A program made the position numbers and the translations under genes. The notes beneath the pieces are model-generated. The model was not told the DNA's origin, did not search any database, and was given only the letters and a program-made list of their open reading frames with translations. DNA of 57,275 nucleotides from a virus. Lineage: Duplodnaviria > Caudoviricetes. Positions 34,993 through 43,664 of this stretch are shown in pieces; positions within the stretch are counted from its first letter, which is position 1; the number at the start of each line of letters is the position of its first letter. The stretch spans positions 1-57,275 of IMG/VR virus record IMGVR_UViG_3300022542_000851; one strand, 5' to 3'.

Positions 34993-35846
34993 CAGTTCAC
35001 CCGGCTACCGACGCGGGAGAAGACACCGCGGTCAAGCGACTTGTACTGAGCGATGAGCGGGACCGAGACCGAAGGGACGGCTGCCACGCGTACTACTTGA
35101 CGGGCATACAGATCATGGCGCGTTTGCGGAGCCCACAGCTGCCACATCTCGTCCGCGAGAAGCGCTCGCCCGTACACCCTCACCTCTCCGAGTTGCCCAC
35201 CGAGAGGATCGCGGCCGGAGGTTTGCGGCGACCGGCCTAGCTCCAACGACGCAAAGCGCTGGTTTGAGCCGAATCCCGCTGTCGTCGCTGCGGTGATGGT
35301 ACTCTCGACGCCATCTACATAGACCTTCAGTAAACCATCGCCAGCGTGGTCGTACACCATTCCCACATGATGCCAACTGCCATCGGTCGGAACTACCAGA
35401 TCTGTCGCGTTTACATTGGCGTTTGACGCGTCCTGGTTTACGAAGACTTCCAGAAAGTCACCGGCTGGCTCCAGCCGCAGCAACAACTGCGCATCACCTT
35501 GAGCCCCACCCCAGTTGCTGATTATTGTATGCTCGTTGGTTCCGGACCCGTCCCATGTCATCCATGCCGTAGCCGTCAAAGCCGTACGGCCCCGCCAGTC
35601 GATTGGACTGCAATCGACAAATTCCGTAGTGGTGTTACTGAAGAGGATGCCCCACCCGACTTCCGCTGCCGTGCCCCAATCGATGCCGCCGCTTAGAACA
35701 CCGTCGTTCCCTCCAGGATCGACGGTGTTCGGGAGGTCAGGACCGAGGCCCGCGTTCCCGAGATAGGGGGTCCAGAGGTTCTCGAGGGCGCGTAGCTGCC
35801 AGTGCTGCTCATCCAGGCGGTAGCCGCCAAGCGGTACCCTCGTCAC
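34992..35846 (-). CDS. LamG/concanavalin-A-like domain protein
   Basis: WHHVGMVYD...KVYVDGV...LGEVRVYGRAL. Confidence 0.85.
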   Translation of the reverse strand: MTRVPLGGYRLDEQHWQLRALENLWTPYLGNAGLGPDLPNTVDPGGNDGVLSGGIDWGTAAEVGWGILFSNTTTEFVDCSPIDWRGRTALTATAWMTWDGSGTNEHTIISNWGGAQGDAQLLLRLEPAGDFLEVFVNQDASNANVNATDLVVPTDGSWHHVGMVYDHAGDGLLKVYVDGVESTITAATTAGFGSNQRFASLELGRSPQTSGRDPLGGQLGEVRVYGRALLADEMWQLWAPQTRHDLYARQVVRVAAVPSVSVPLIAQYKSLDRGVFSRVGSRVN

Positions 35847-36290
35847 TTACTGGACCTCCGGCGTGTAGAGCGAGTACGTGATGACGTTCCCCGTCGCCGC
35901 CAGCGCCTGGCCGGTCTTGAAGATGAAGAGCAGCTTGAACTTGCTCGGCGGGGCCTCGATGATGAGCTCGCTGTTACGCTGAGCCACGGCCGTGGCGTTA
36001 AAAGCTACCGTCGCTACAAGATTGTCGGCCGAGGGGTCGAGCGAGTCCGACCCGTAGGCGAAGTTTGTACCGTCGACGGTCGGGAGCAGGTACACGGCGA
36101 CATGAGCCCCCGCGTCCCGCGCGCCGGCCTGCGTGTCTAGGAAGATGTCGACCGCGACGCGGGTATCCAGGGTGACCGAGTTATCGATCTCGCCGCCGAG
36201 CTTATTAGAGCCGTCGCTGAGGGCATTCAACTCCGTCGAAAGATACGCAGCCGCGGTGAGGGCATCGTCCCAGGTGATGCGGTTCGCCAT
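35847..36290 (-). CDS. Virion structural protein (putative)
   Basis: MANRITWDD start coupled to the upstream stop. Confidence 0.6.
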   Translation of the reverse strand: MANRITWDDALTAAAYLSTELNALSDGSNKLGGEIDNSVTLDTRVAVDIFLDTQAGARDAGAHVAVYLLPTVDGTNFAYGSDSLDPSADNLVATVAFNATAVAQRNSELIIEAPPSKFKLLFIFKTGQALAATGNVITYSLYTPEVQ

Positions 36291-36835
36291 TACAGCGCCC
36301 TCGCCTTCTCGATGTCGCCGGCGCGGACGCGCCCCACCCCGAGTTCCGTGCCGCGGCTCTGCTGGTTCTGGAGGAACGCGAGAATCGCCGTCTTGTCGCC
36401 GGGGCCAAGAACCTCGCCCTCTCCGGTCGAGAGATCGTCGAGCACAGCGTTGAAGCGGCCGTCGCCGGGAGTGACCGTGAGCAGCGCCACGGGATCGAGA
36501 TACTCGAGTAGAGTGAGCGCCGAGGCGATGTGCTTCTGCGAGACAACGATCAGAGCGTCGCCCGCTCCAAGGGGAAGCGTGGGAAGAGTCCAGAGCAATT
36601 CCGTTCCGTTCCACACAAACGCCGGATGATTACGGGCGAGGATGCCCGTACGCCCAAAGATGGTGCCGGTACGGAACTTCTCCAGTCGGCAGTACTCGGC
36701 GATCGCGGTCGGATTCGACGCCGGCCGATACAGCGTGTTCCAGTCGGCGGCGGCTTCCTCTGGCGTCATCTGGTCGTAGCCGCGGCCGAGCGGATCGGTC
36801 GTGTCTTCGTCGGCGATGATCTGGATTCGTCCCAT
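36290..36835 (-). CDS. Hypothetical structural-module protein
   Basis: GGAGGAG RBS; 181 aa. Confidence 0.65.
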   Translation of the reverse strand: MGRIQIIADEDTTDPLGRGYDQMTPEEAAADWNTLYRPASNPTAIAEYCRLEKFRTGTIFGRTGILARNHPAFVWNGTELLWTLPTLPLGAGDALIVVSQKHIASALTLLEYLDPVALLTVTPGDGRFNAVLDDLSTGEGEVLGPGDKTAILAFLQNQQSRGTELGVGRVRAGDIEKARAL

Positions 36836-36857
36836 CAGACTCCTCCCCTTGCTCGCG

Positions 36858-37196
36858 TCATCGCTGCGCCGCCTCGAGCCGGCGCTCCGCTTCCGCCTTC
36901 ACGTCCCTGGGTAGCCTCCGGAGCGACGGCAGGTGATGCGGGTTCCGCGCCTGCACAGCCCGCGAGTACGGGGCGCCATAGAGGATGGCCGCTTCCCACC
37001 CGGCCGACGTCTTCTTCGCCTGCCGGAGCTCGATCTCCGAGCGGTAGAGCCCGGTGTCGACCGGCGCCGTCGCCTGGTCGTCGCTCACCTTGCGATCGCC
37101 GGCGGTGTTCATCCCGCCGATTACCCCCGCGCTATTGCGGCGCAGGAGGCCGGCGAGCCAGCGCGCGTGCTGGGATGGGGTGGTGATCTTCGCCAT
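36858..37196 (-). CDS. HK97 gp10-like neck protein
   Basis: APVDTGLYRSEI...APYSRAV. Confidence 0.75.
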   Translation of the reverse strand: MAKITTPSQHARWLAGLLRRNSAGVIGGMNTAGDRKVSDDQATAPVDTGLYRSEIELRQAKKTSAGWEAAILYGAPYSRAVQARNPHHLPSLRRLPRDVKAEAERRLEAAQR

Positions 37197-37198
37197 GG

Positions 37199-37582
37199 CT
37201 AGCTCGCGGCCGGGTCCAGGGCGGAGCGCAGGAACAGCTCCACGTGGTCATCGGAGACGTTCCACGGGCCGACGCGATCCGCGACCAGGAGGCTTGCGGC
37301 AGGCGGTGCCCCGTACACCTCCCCCGTGCTGGGGTCGGTGAAGTCGGCCTGGTCGCCGATGCGCGCACCGGGCTCGCCAGGAAAAGGCCAGTAGAGGATC
37401 TGCTCGATGCGGGCGTTGGTGCCGTCCGGCAGCTGGCGGAGCTGGCCGCCGCCGTTCTCGACCCCGGGCGCGCCGGAGCCGATCGTCGTCTGCGTCTCCC
37501 TGTCGGCGCCGCCGGCGACAGGCGTTCGCGTCGTGCGGCGGATCGTCACCGTCGCAGGCGGGTGCAGCGGCTTGTAGCTCAT
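37199..37582 (-). CDS. Head closure/head-tail adaptor
   Basis: TVTIRR...HVELFL pattern and position. Confidence 0.65.
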   Translation of the reverse strand: MSYKPLHPPATVTIRRTTRTPVAGGADRETQTTIGSGAPGVENGGGQLRQLPDGTNARIEQILYWPFPGEPGARIGDQADFTDPSTGEVYGAPPAASLLVADRVGPWNVSDDHVELFLRSALDPAAS

Positions 37583-38310
37583 GTGCGCCGCCAGATTCCC
37601 GCGAACCTCGGGCCGATCTCGCGCTCCTTTGACGCGATGGCGTCCATGACAGCCTGACGCGTCCAGCTCGCGTTGCCTTCCTTGCGGGAGTGGTAGCGGG
37701 TCGGGTCGTTTGAGAGCGAGTGCAGTGTCCGCAGCTCTGCCGCATCGAGGTTGTAGAGCGAGAGCTTCTGGGCCGCGTCGAAGCCGAGACAGGGCAGCGC
37801 GCTACCCGTCAGGCCGATGTCTCCTGCGAAGTTGGCGCGCGCCAGACGCTGAGCCCAGCTGGACACGTCGCGCCAGTCGCCGCGCTCCCACCAGTTCGCT
37901 ACCGACCCGACCTCGAGCCCGACCGTCCAGCCCTTATCGAGCGCCTCGATGGCGTCGAAGAGCTCCTCGAGCGTGTCCGTCGCCAGGCCCACCGACAGGT
38001 CAAAGGGCCCATCGGTACCGGGCGATGCGCCGCCGGTCCGGACAAGCGTCATCTCGACCGCCGTCGCGCCGATGGCGACCTCGACCGTGGCCGCCGTCTC
38101 GCCGTCAGGGCCGAGGCCGGCCCCGTCGACCGGCAGGTAGATCACGATGGCCTCGCGCGCTGCGGTGGCGTCCAAGAAGGCGCGGTATTCCTCGTCCTGG
38201 TAGGTCGGATCGTCCACGGTCGGCGGCGCGGTCAGCGCCACGTGATCGAACATGGCGAGGCGTAGGCGCGACACCGCGTCGCGCTTGTCGATCTCGAAGG
38301 TCGCCGCCAT
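37579..38310 (-). CDS. Head-tail connector
   Basis: RLRL...DEEY..FL; position after the capsid genes. Confidence 0.6.
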   Translation of the reverse strand: MAATFEIDKRDAVSRLRLAMFDHVALTAPPTVDDPTYQDEEYRAFLDATAAREAIVIYLPVDGAGLGPDGETAATVEVAIGATAVEMTLVRTGGASPGTDGPFDLSVGLATDTLEELFDAIEALDKGWTVGLEVGSVANWWERGDWRDVSSWAQRLARANFAGDIGLTGSALPCLGFDAAQKLSLYNLDAAELRTLHSLSNDPTRYHSRKEGNASWTRQAVMDAIASKEREIGPRFAGIWRRT

Positions 38311-38322
38311 GGGAATCAGGAA

Positions 38323-38351
38323 GTCGGTTCCGAGCGTTACCCGGAACCGAC
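38323..38351 (-). terminator. Hairpin after the capsid/decoration genes
   Basis: GTCGGTTCCG/CGGAACCGAC 10-bp stem. Confidence 0.5.
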
Positions 38352-38354
38352 GAC

Positions 38355-38768
38355 TTAGGCGACCAGCTGATTGACGCCGGCGTCGACCTGAACGTAGATG
38401 CTCGTCGCGGTCATCACCGTGCCGATGAACTCCCTCGCATTCGTGGCGGCGAGTCGCGTCTCGCTTGCTTCGCCAGGGTTCGAGCCCGGATGGATCGCAG
38501 CGCCGGTCGTTCCGGCCGTGAGACCGCCGAAGATGTGCGCGGAGGTGCAGACGGAGATCGTGCCACCGATCGCACCGTCTGACATCGCGATGAACTGCGG
38601 ATGGATCGGGCCAGCGCCAACGTCGCCGTCGGCGAGAACCCAGCCAGAGCTGTAGCCCAGCAGGTCGCCTTCCTTGCAGGCGGCCGCGAGGAGCAGCTTC
38701 ATCTGCGGGTGGGTCGGGACCGCTGTCTTGACGTGTCGGCCGCCCGAGGCGGCGTAAGTGAGTGCCAT
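38355..38768 (-). CDS. Capsid decoration/cement protein
   Basis: Small Gly/Ala/Thr-rich gene following the capsid gene. Confidence 0.65.
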   Translation of the reverse strand: MALTYAASGGRHVKTAVPTHPQMKLLLAAACKEGDLLGYSSGWVLADGDVGAGPIHPQFIAMSDGAIGGTISVCTSAHIFGGLTAGTTGAAIHPGSNPGEASETRLAATNAREFIGTVMTATSIYVQVDAGVNQLVA

Positions 38769-38794
38769 GTCGGTATCTCCTTATGCGTCGCCGC

Positions 38795-39697
38795 TTAGGC
38801 GGTGAAGTCGATGTTCTTGATCCGCACGAGAGCGAGCGGGTTCGCCAGCTTCAGGAGCATGACGAACTCCATGTAGAGGGTCTCCTGCGGGGCGCCGGGA
38901 ACCTGTCCGAGCACCTTGGAGTCGACCACCGCTGCGCCGTCCGGGACGACGCCGCGTAGGCCCATGGGGCCGCCGCCGGCGAGCCACACGTCGCCCGTGT
39001 TCGCGCCGTTGCCGCTGAAGTCGTTCACGAAGACCGGCATGCCACGGTAGGTCAGGACCGGGCGCCCGTCGAAGTTCTCGACGATGATCTCGTGGGACCC
39101 GACACCGCCCTTACCGCCGAGTACCTCGCGCAGCTCGATGTCGCCGTCCGAGTGCATGACCCAGAACGCGCTGTCACGGCCGACCTTGAGCTTCGCGAAC
39201 GCCTGGTTCATCAGGCGGGTCGTGATGTTGAAAGTCGCTCCGCCGGCGTCGATCTCCTGTGCGGAGTCGATGAGCGCCTCGAAGCCGTCGAAGGCCAGCG
39301 AGTTGCTGGTCGTGTCGCCGGTGATGAGGTCCTCGTCCACCAGGTTGCGGATCGCCTCGCCGCCGGCGAGGTTCGCCACCGCGCGCGGGTCGATGCCCTG
39401 GCCGCGATGGATGCGCCGGGTGAAGGTGTCGATCGGGATCTCGGTGGCGTACCGCTTGAAATCCTTCGTGACCTTCGTGATCCCGTATTCGCCCTGACTG
39501 GTGGTGGCGTTGTGCCCCACCCGCTTGGCCACCGGGAGCGTGGTCAGCTGGTCATAGCTGTGCGCCGACCCGCTTTCGGTCTCGAACAACAGGCGATTGA
39601 AGACACCGAACTCTGTCGTCTCGATGACGGCGAGAGCGACGAGCTGCGACAAGCCCTCAAGCGAGAGCTTGGCAATCTCTACCAACGGAACGGCCAT
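38795..39697 (-). CDS. Major capsid protein (HK97 fold)
   Basis: 300 aa; GD....AFDG motif; TYRGMPV; follows the scaffold. Confidence 0.85.
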   Translation of the reverse strand: MAVPLVEIAKLSLEGLSQLVALAVIETTEFGVFNRLLFETESGSAHSYDQLTTLPVAKRVGHNATTSQGEYGITKVTKDFKRYATEIPIDTFTRRIHRGQGIDPRAVANLAGGEAIRNLVDEDLITGDTTSNSLAFDGFEALIDSAQEIDAGGATFNITTRLMNQAFAKLKVGRDSAFWVMHSDGDIELREVLGGKGGVGSHEIIVENFDGRPVLTYRGMPVFVNDFSGNGANTGDVWLAGGGPMGLRGVVPDGAAVVDSKVLGQVPGAPQETLYMEFVMLLKLANPLALVRIKNIDFTA

Positions 39698-39731
39698 GGT
39701 TTACCTCATTCGATCGGTTGCGCGCACAGCG

Positions 39732-40598
39732 CTACCCCTGCTCTTTCCAGGCTTGGCTGAGCCTCTCCTCGAGGCTCCCGCCGTGACGCGCCGGCTGGCC
39801 GCTCGGGCCCCGGGCTCCCGGGCCGCCACCGCCGCCGGTCATCGCCGGCGCCGGCCCGACGATCCACGGGCGCTGCTCGCGCAGCTTCGTGAAGTAGGCC
39901 GCCGGTGTGATGCGAACGCCCTTGCTCTCGTCGTAGACAGGCTCGCCGTCGGTGCCGACCACCTCGAGCGCGTCCTCCGCTGCCGGATTCTGCGCGTCCG
40001 CCTTGCATCGGAGGCGCCACGGTCCCTCGTCCGCTCCGTGAGCGAGGATCACCGCATCCGAGCGGAGCCCTCCTATGCGGTCGCAAGCGGCTCGAAGAGC
40101 GAGATCGTCCCGCGACTTGGCGTGCGTAGCCTGGGCCTCGGTGGCCAAGGCCGTCTGCTCGCGCAGAGCTGCCGCGTGCGCCTTGTCCTGGTCGGCTCTG
40201 CCCTTTCGGACGGCCTCGGCGATCCGCGCCTCGACGTCTGCTTCGGTGGGCTTGGCCGTCGCCTGGTCAGGCTTCGGCGCGCCGTTCCCGTTGCCGGGCT
40301 GCTGGGTTGCGGTAAGGCCCTGAGTTACGAGGGTGACGATCTCCTGGTCGGTGAGCTTGTCCTTGTCGACTCCATCGATCGCCGACAGGCGACCGAGAAG
40401 GGAGCTGTAGCGTTGGGTCTCTGCCGCGAGCGCCTGATTTGACTTCAGGAGCTCCTGGAATGCAGCTGTCTGTGCGCTATCGAGCCCGCCAGCATCGGGA
40501 GCCGGCGCGCCATTACCAGGGGCCGGCGCAGGTGCGATCGGCTCTGGCGGTGGGGCGGCGGCCGCAGGTGCGGCTGGGGCTGGGATGATGTCCGGCAA
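39732..40598 (-). CDS. Capsid scaffolding protein
   Basis: Pro/Ala-rich N-terminus, coiled coil, GGGGG tail; precedes the capsid gene. Confidence 0.75.
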   Translation of the reverse strand: MPDIIPAPAAPAAAAPPPEPIAPAPAPGNGAPAPDAGGLDSAQTAAFQELLKSNQALAAETQRYSSLLGRLSAIDGVDKDKLTDQEIVTLVTQGLTATQQPGNGNGAPKPDQATAKPTEADVEARIAEAVRKGRADQDKAHAAALREQTALATEAQATHAKSRDDLALRAACDRIGGLRSDAVILAHGADEGPWRLRCKADAQNPAAEDALEVVGTDGEPVYDESKGVRITPAAYFTKLREQRPWIVGPAPAMTGGGGGPGARGPSGQPARHGGSLEERLSQAWKEQG

Positions 40599-40688
40599 TG
40601 CAGGCCTCCTATGGCGTACCGTTTCGGACGGGTTACGCCGATAGGATGATTCCTGCTTACGGAATAAGGATAGAATCCTCTTTGCTTA

Positions 40689-40717
40689 TTGCGGGGCCGC
40701 ACTTGACGGGCTATGCT
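40689..40717 (+). promoter_or_regulatory. Promoter of the inverted cassette
   Basis: TTGCGG-17-TATGCT in an AT-rich divergent gap. Confidence 0.55.
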
Positions 40718-40726
40718 TGGGCTGCC

Positions 40727-40996
40727 GTGATTGACCCTGCGAACCTTCGAGCCGCTCGCCTTTGCGCGCCGCTCACAGCGGGGGAGTCCGCGATCCGGGG
40801 CCGGAGGTCTCGACACCTCACGTTTGCCGATCTCGTGGTCAGGATGCGTGACCGTGGCGTGTTCTGCGCGGAAGGCTATCTGAAGCGGCTCGAGCGTGAC
40901 CCCCTGGTCGTCGGGTCGGACAAGCTGCTGGCGCTGGCGGATGCGCTGGGGGTCAAGGTCGAAGACATCGCCGGGCTTCCGGCGCAGGAGGACTAG
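40727..40996 (+). CDS. XRE-like HTH protein
   Basis: LRAAR...LTFADL...YLKRLER...LLALADALGVKVEDI. Confidence 0.7.
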   Translation: MIDPANLRAARLCAPLTAGESAIRGRRSRHLTFADLVVRMRDRGVFCAEGYLKRLERDPLVVGSDKLLALADALGVKVEDIAGLPAQED

Positions 40997-40997
40997 A

Positions 40998-41312
40998 ATG
41001 AAAATGACGGTGGCTGCCAGCGCGACAACGGAGGGCGTCGACGGATCCGCCCTCAGCGCACAGCAACGCAACGACCCCGGCCTCACCGGTAGCAGCGGGT
41101 GGGCACTCGTTTTCCGCGTGCCTCTTCTTCGGATCTACGCGCCTGGCGAATGGGTCGGGGCGAGTAGCAACCGCCGACTCTTCGGCTACTCGCTTGGCAA
41201 TCATCGCGATCGCAAGCCCTGGCGCCGGCTCACGATCCGAGTTTGGGCATACCGCGATAACCATCCACTCTGGGGGTTGGATCCGTTGGCGCTGCTGCAA
41301 GAGGCTGAATAG
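40998..41312 (+). CDS. Hypothetical protein
   Basis: AGGAGG RBS; Trp-rich. Confidence 0.55.
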   Translation: MKMTVAASATTEGVDGSALSAQQRNDPGLTGSSGWALVFRVPLLRIYAPGEWVGASSNRRLFGYSLGNHRDRKPWRRLTIRVWAYRDNHPLWGLDPLALLQEAE

Positions 41313-41554
41313 TGGCGCGGCCGAAAGTGCACCATGAGGACATGACCTCGGTCACGGTGCGGATCCCTACCAGGTTCGCAACCGCTATCGAGGAGCTCGC
41401 GGCTGAGCGCGGGGTGCCGAAGTCCGAGCTCTACCGGGAGGCCGTGCGCGCCTTCCTGTTTCCCGAAGCGAGGCCGGCGGGAGGGCAGGCCAGGGCGCGG
41501 CGCGTCGACCGCACGCCGAAGAGGACTCGTGGCGTGACGCTGGTGCAGCTGTGA
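41312..41554 (+). CDS. CopG-like ribbon-helix-helix protein
   Basis: VTVRIP...IEELAAERGVPKSELYREAVRAFL. Confidence 0.85.
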   Translation: MARPKVHHEDMTSVTVRIPTRFATAIEELAAERGVPKSELYREAVRAFLFPEARPAGGQARARRVDRTPKRTRGVTLVQL

Positions 41555-41802
41555 GCGACGACAAGGGATACAAAGAACTTACCGGCTACACCGCGCCGGC
41601 CGGCGCGAAGAACGGCGACCTCAAAGAGCTCACCGGCTACACCGCGCCCCGCAACGCGCAGAACGGTGACCTTCTCTACCGAGAGCCCGGGTCGACCCAA
41701 CTTCGGCGTACGCCTTCGACCGCATCGGGCGCAAGGCTCGATCCCGTCGCTGTCTGCTGGAACGGTAAGCCGGTTACCGGAGCGAAAGCGGGGCAGCTGT
41801 GA
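41551..41802 (+). CDS. Hypothetical protein with a 17-aa internal duplication
   Basis: KELTGYTAPxxAxNGDL twice (51-nt period, 41572-41673). Confidence 0.6.
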   Translation: MSDDKGYKELTGYTAPAGAKNGDLKELTGYTAPRNAQNGDLLYREPGSTQLRRTPSTASGARLDPVAVCWNGKPVTGAKAGQL

Positions 41803-42119
41803 ACGGGATTGTCGCGGATCTCGCCTGTCTCGCACCGCCTATCGGCGAGGACGGGATGTGCCTGCTCTGTCGGTATCGCCTCCCGCGGATCGACAATATG
41901 CCCGCGATCCTACAGGACTCCGGCGAGAAGTACCTTACTCGGCGCACCTGGAGCGCCGAGCCGACGGACCACGGATCGTCGTGCGTCTGGCGTCGCGCCG
42001 TCGAAGCGCTGGGAGACGCGTGCGAAGCGCAACCGCCGAGCGAATCCGGCCGAGTGATTCTCAAGCGCCGCGATGACGCATCCGAAGCAACGAAGCTGGC
42101 GCAGGAACTGGTGCCATGA
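41799..42119 (+). CDS. Hypothetical protein
   Basis: GTGA-coupled; CxxC. Confidence 0.5.
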   Translation: MNGIVADLACLAPPIGEDGMCLLCRYRLPRIDNMPAILQDSGEKYLTRRTWSAEPTDHGSSCVWRRAVEALGDACEAQPPSESGRVILKRRDDASEATKLAQELVP

Positions 42120-42373
42120 GCGAAGCTCCTCAGGATGTTCTTCTGCCGGACGTCAAGCTACGGGCTGTTCAGACGGCCACGATCCTGATCGAACGGCAGA
42201 AGATGATGCGCCCCATTCTTGCGCTTCTTGCGCAAGAGCATGAGTCGGTTGACAGATTCGCGGATTTCGAACTGGTAACCGTAACTCATAATCTCGCCGT
42301 AGACAGCTTTGAAGTCCTACTCCAGAAGCGCCTTACGCCCTGGCCAGCGCCCGGACAGAAGCAGCCAAGCTGA
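42116..42373 (+). CDS. Hypothetical protein
   Basis: ATGA-coupled. Confidence 0.55.
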   Translation: MSEAPQDVLLPDVKLRAVQTATILIERQKMMRPILALLAQEHESVDRFADFELVTVTHNLAVDSFEVLLQKRLTPWPAPGQKQPS

Positions 42374-43136
42374 GCTCGCCGGCGCGGCCGTCGTCCGCCT
42401 CCAGGAACGCCACGCGTTGAGCCGCAGTCAACCGGGCTGCGGCCGCGCGGTCACGTCGGGCCACGGCTACGATCGCAACTGCCGCAGCCCGCTGTAGGCC
42501 ATCTCGGCCCTTGGCGCGCCGGTAGAGGTCGAGTATCACGGCGCGGTCGCCGGTCGCTCCCTGACCATCCTGCGGCGCGGGCGGGGCATCATGGCCGGCA
42601 GCGACGGATAGCGCGTCGAGCTCCCCGTCCGCCAGCCAGTCCTCGAGCGTCCCCTCGAACACGGCGGCCTGCGCGCCGGCTTCGCGCAGCTGCAGGTAGT
42701 TGTCCCAGATCGTAGCGTGGCCCTTCGCCCGCCCGATCGCGCGCTTGGCCCGGGACGATATGTCGCCCCCTCGCTCGACGTCGACCGCCGGCAGGTCTTC
42801 GGCCGCATGCGACCCGACTACGTGCACAACGGCGTCAGGTTCGCCGGAGAGGTCTCGCAGCCAAGCCCTGACTACGCGGCCGCCCTCGGTCCCCTCGAGC
42901 AGCCAGGGGGCCGGCTCCGTGGCCAGACGCCCGATCCAGTGGTAGGGGCGCTCCTTCCATTGCTCGGCCGGCGCAGCGATGTCGCGCGGCGTGTCGCCGT
43001 CCTCGTCCTGCCATCCTGTGTTGAGGACGGTGCGGCCCGGACGGGCGATGTCGGCCAGCGTGGTCTTACCGACGGCGGAGCGGCCGACCAGGACGATGCG
43101 CGGGAAGGTCGCGAGGAGGTGCTCGAAGCGGGTCAC
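42333..43136 (-). CDS. P-loop NTPase/kinase-like protein
   Basis: IVLVGRSAVGKTT Walker A; WLLEG Walker-B-like. Confidence 0.75.
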   Translation of the reverse strand: MTRFEHLLATFPRIVLVGRSAVGKTTLADIARPGRTVLNTGWQDEDGDTPRDIAAPAEQWKERPYHWIGRLATEPAPWLLEGTEGGRVVRAWLRDLSGEPDAVVHVVGSHAAEDLPAVDVERGGDISSRAKRAIGRAKGHATIWDNYLQLREAGAQAAVFEGTLEDWLADGELDALSVAAGHDAPPAPQDGQGATGDRAVILDLYRRAKGRDGLQRAAAVAIVAVARRDRAAAARLTAAQRVAFLEADDGRAGELSLAASVRALARA

Positions 43137-43194
43137 GGCGTGGTCACGGCGTGGTCACGGCGTGGTCACAGCGTGGTCACAGCGTGGTCACAGC
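43131..43194. repeat. 11-bp tandem repeat, ~6 units
   Basis: GGTCACGGCGT x3, then GGTCACAGCGT x2 plus a partial unit. Confidence 0.95.
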
Positions 43195-43458
43195 TCGCGA
43201 CCCGAAGTCGATGCCCAAGCCGTGAAAATCGCCGCTCGCGACGTCATACGACAGGTCGACGTGCCACATTCGGTTGCCGCGATGGTGCTCTAGGGTGTCG
43301 AACTTGCTTACGAAATCAGCGAGGAACTCCGCTGAGACCGCCGGGGCTGCAATGCGACCCAGGATTGACGGCGACGCGTAGAGCTTGCGCGAATTCGCCC
43401 GTTCATGCTCGGCCCTCTCGAGGTCGGCGTCTATCACTCGCCTCACGAAGTCCATCAC
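43177..43458 (-). CDS. Hypothetical protein
   Basis: Coupled; its stop lies within the repeat. Confidence 0.6.
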   Translation of the reverse strand: MMDFVRRVIDADLERAEHERANSRKLYASPSILGRIAAPAVSAEFLADFVSKFDTLEHHRGNRMWHVDLSYDVASGDFHGLGIDFGSRAVTTL

Positions 43459-43664
43459 TGCGGCTCACCGGAGAGGTCGACCGCAGGGCCTCGCAGCCCA
43501 GCGGCTTGCCGCACAACTGATGCGGCGTCCGGCCTCTCGAGATCCCCCTCGCGCCGCCAGCCACACCCGGCAATGCAGCAGCCGATGGCGCCTTCGACCA
43601 AGATAGAGCCCTCGCAGGCAGGGCAGCACGAGAGCGCTGCTAGCTCCGCCGCCGCCTCGCTCAC
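43455..43664 (-). CDS. Small zinc-ribbon protein
   Basis: CPAC...CCIAGC; coupled to the portal stop. Confidence 0.55.
   Translation of the reverse strand: MSEAAAELAALSCCPACEGSILVEGAIGCCIAGCGWRREGDLERPDAASVVRQAAGLRGPAVDLSGEPQ

Noticed and set aside
43131-43194. CRISPR array
   Set aside because: Units are contiguous 11-mers with no spacers, and there is no cas operon
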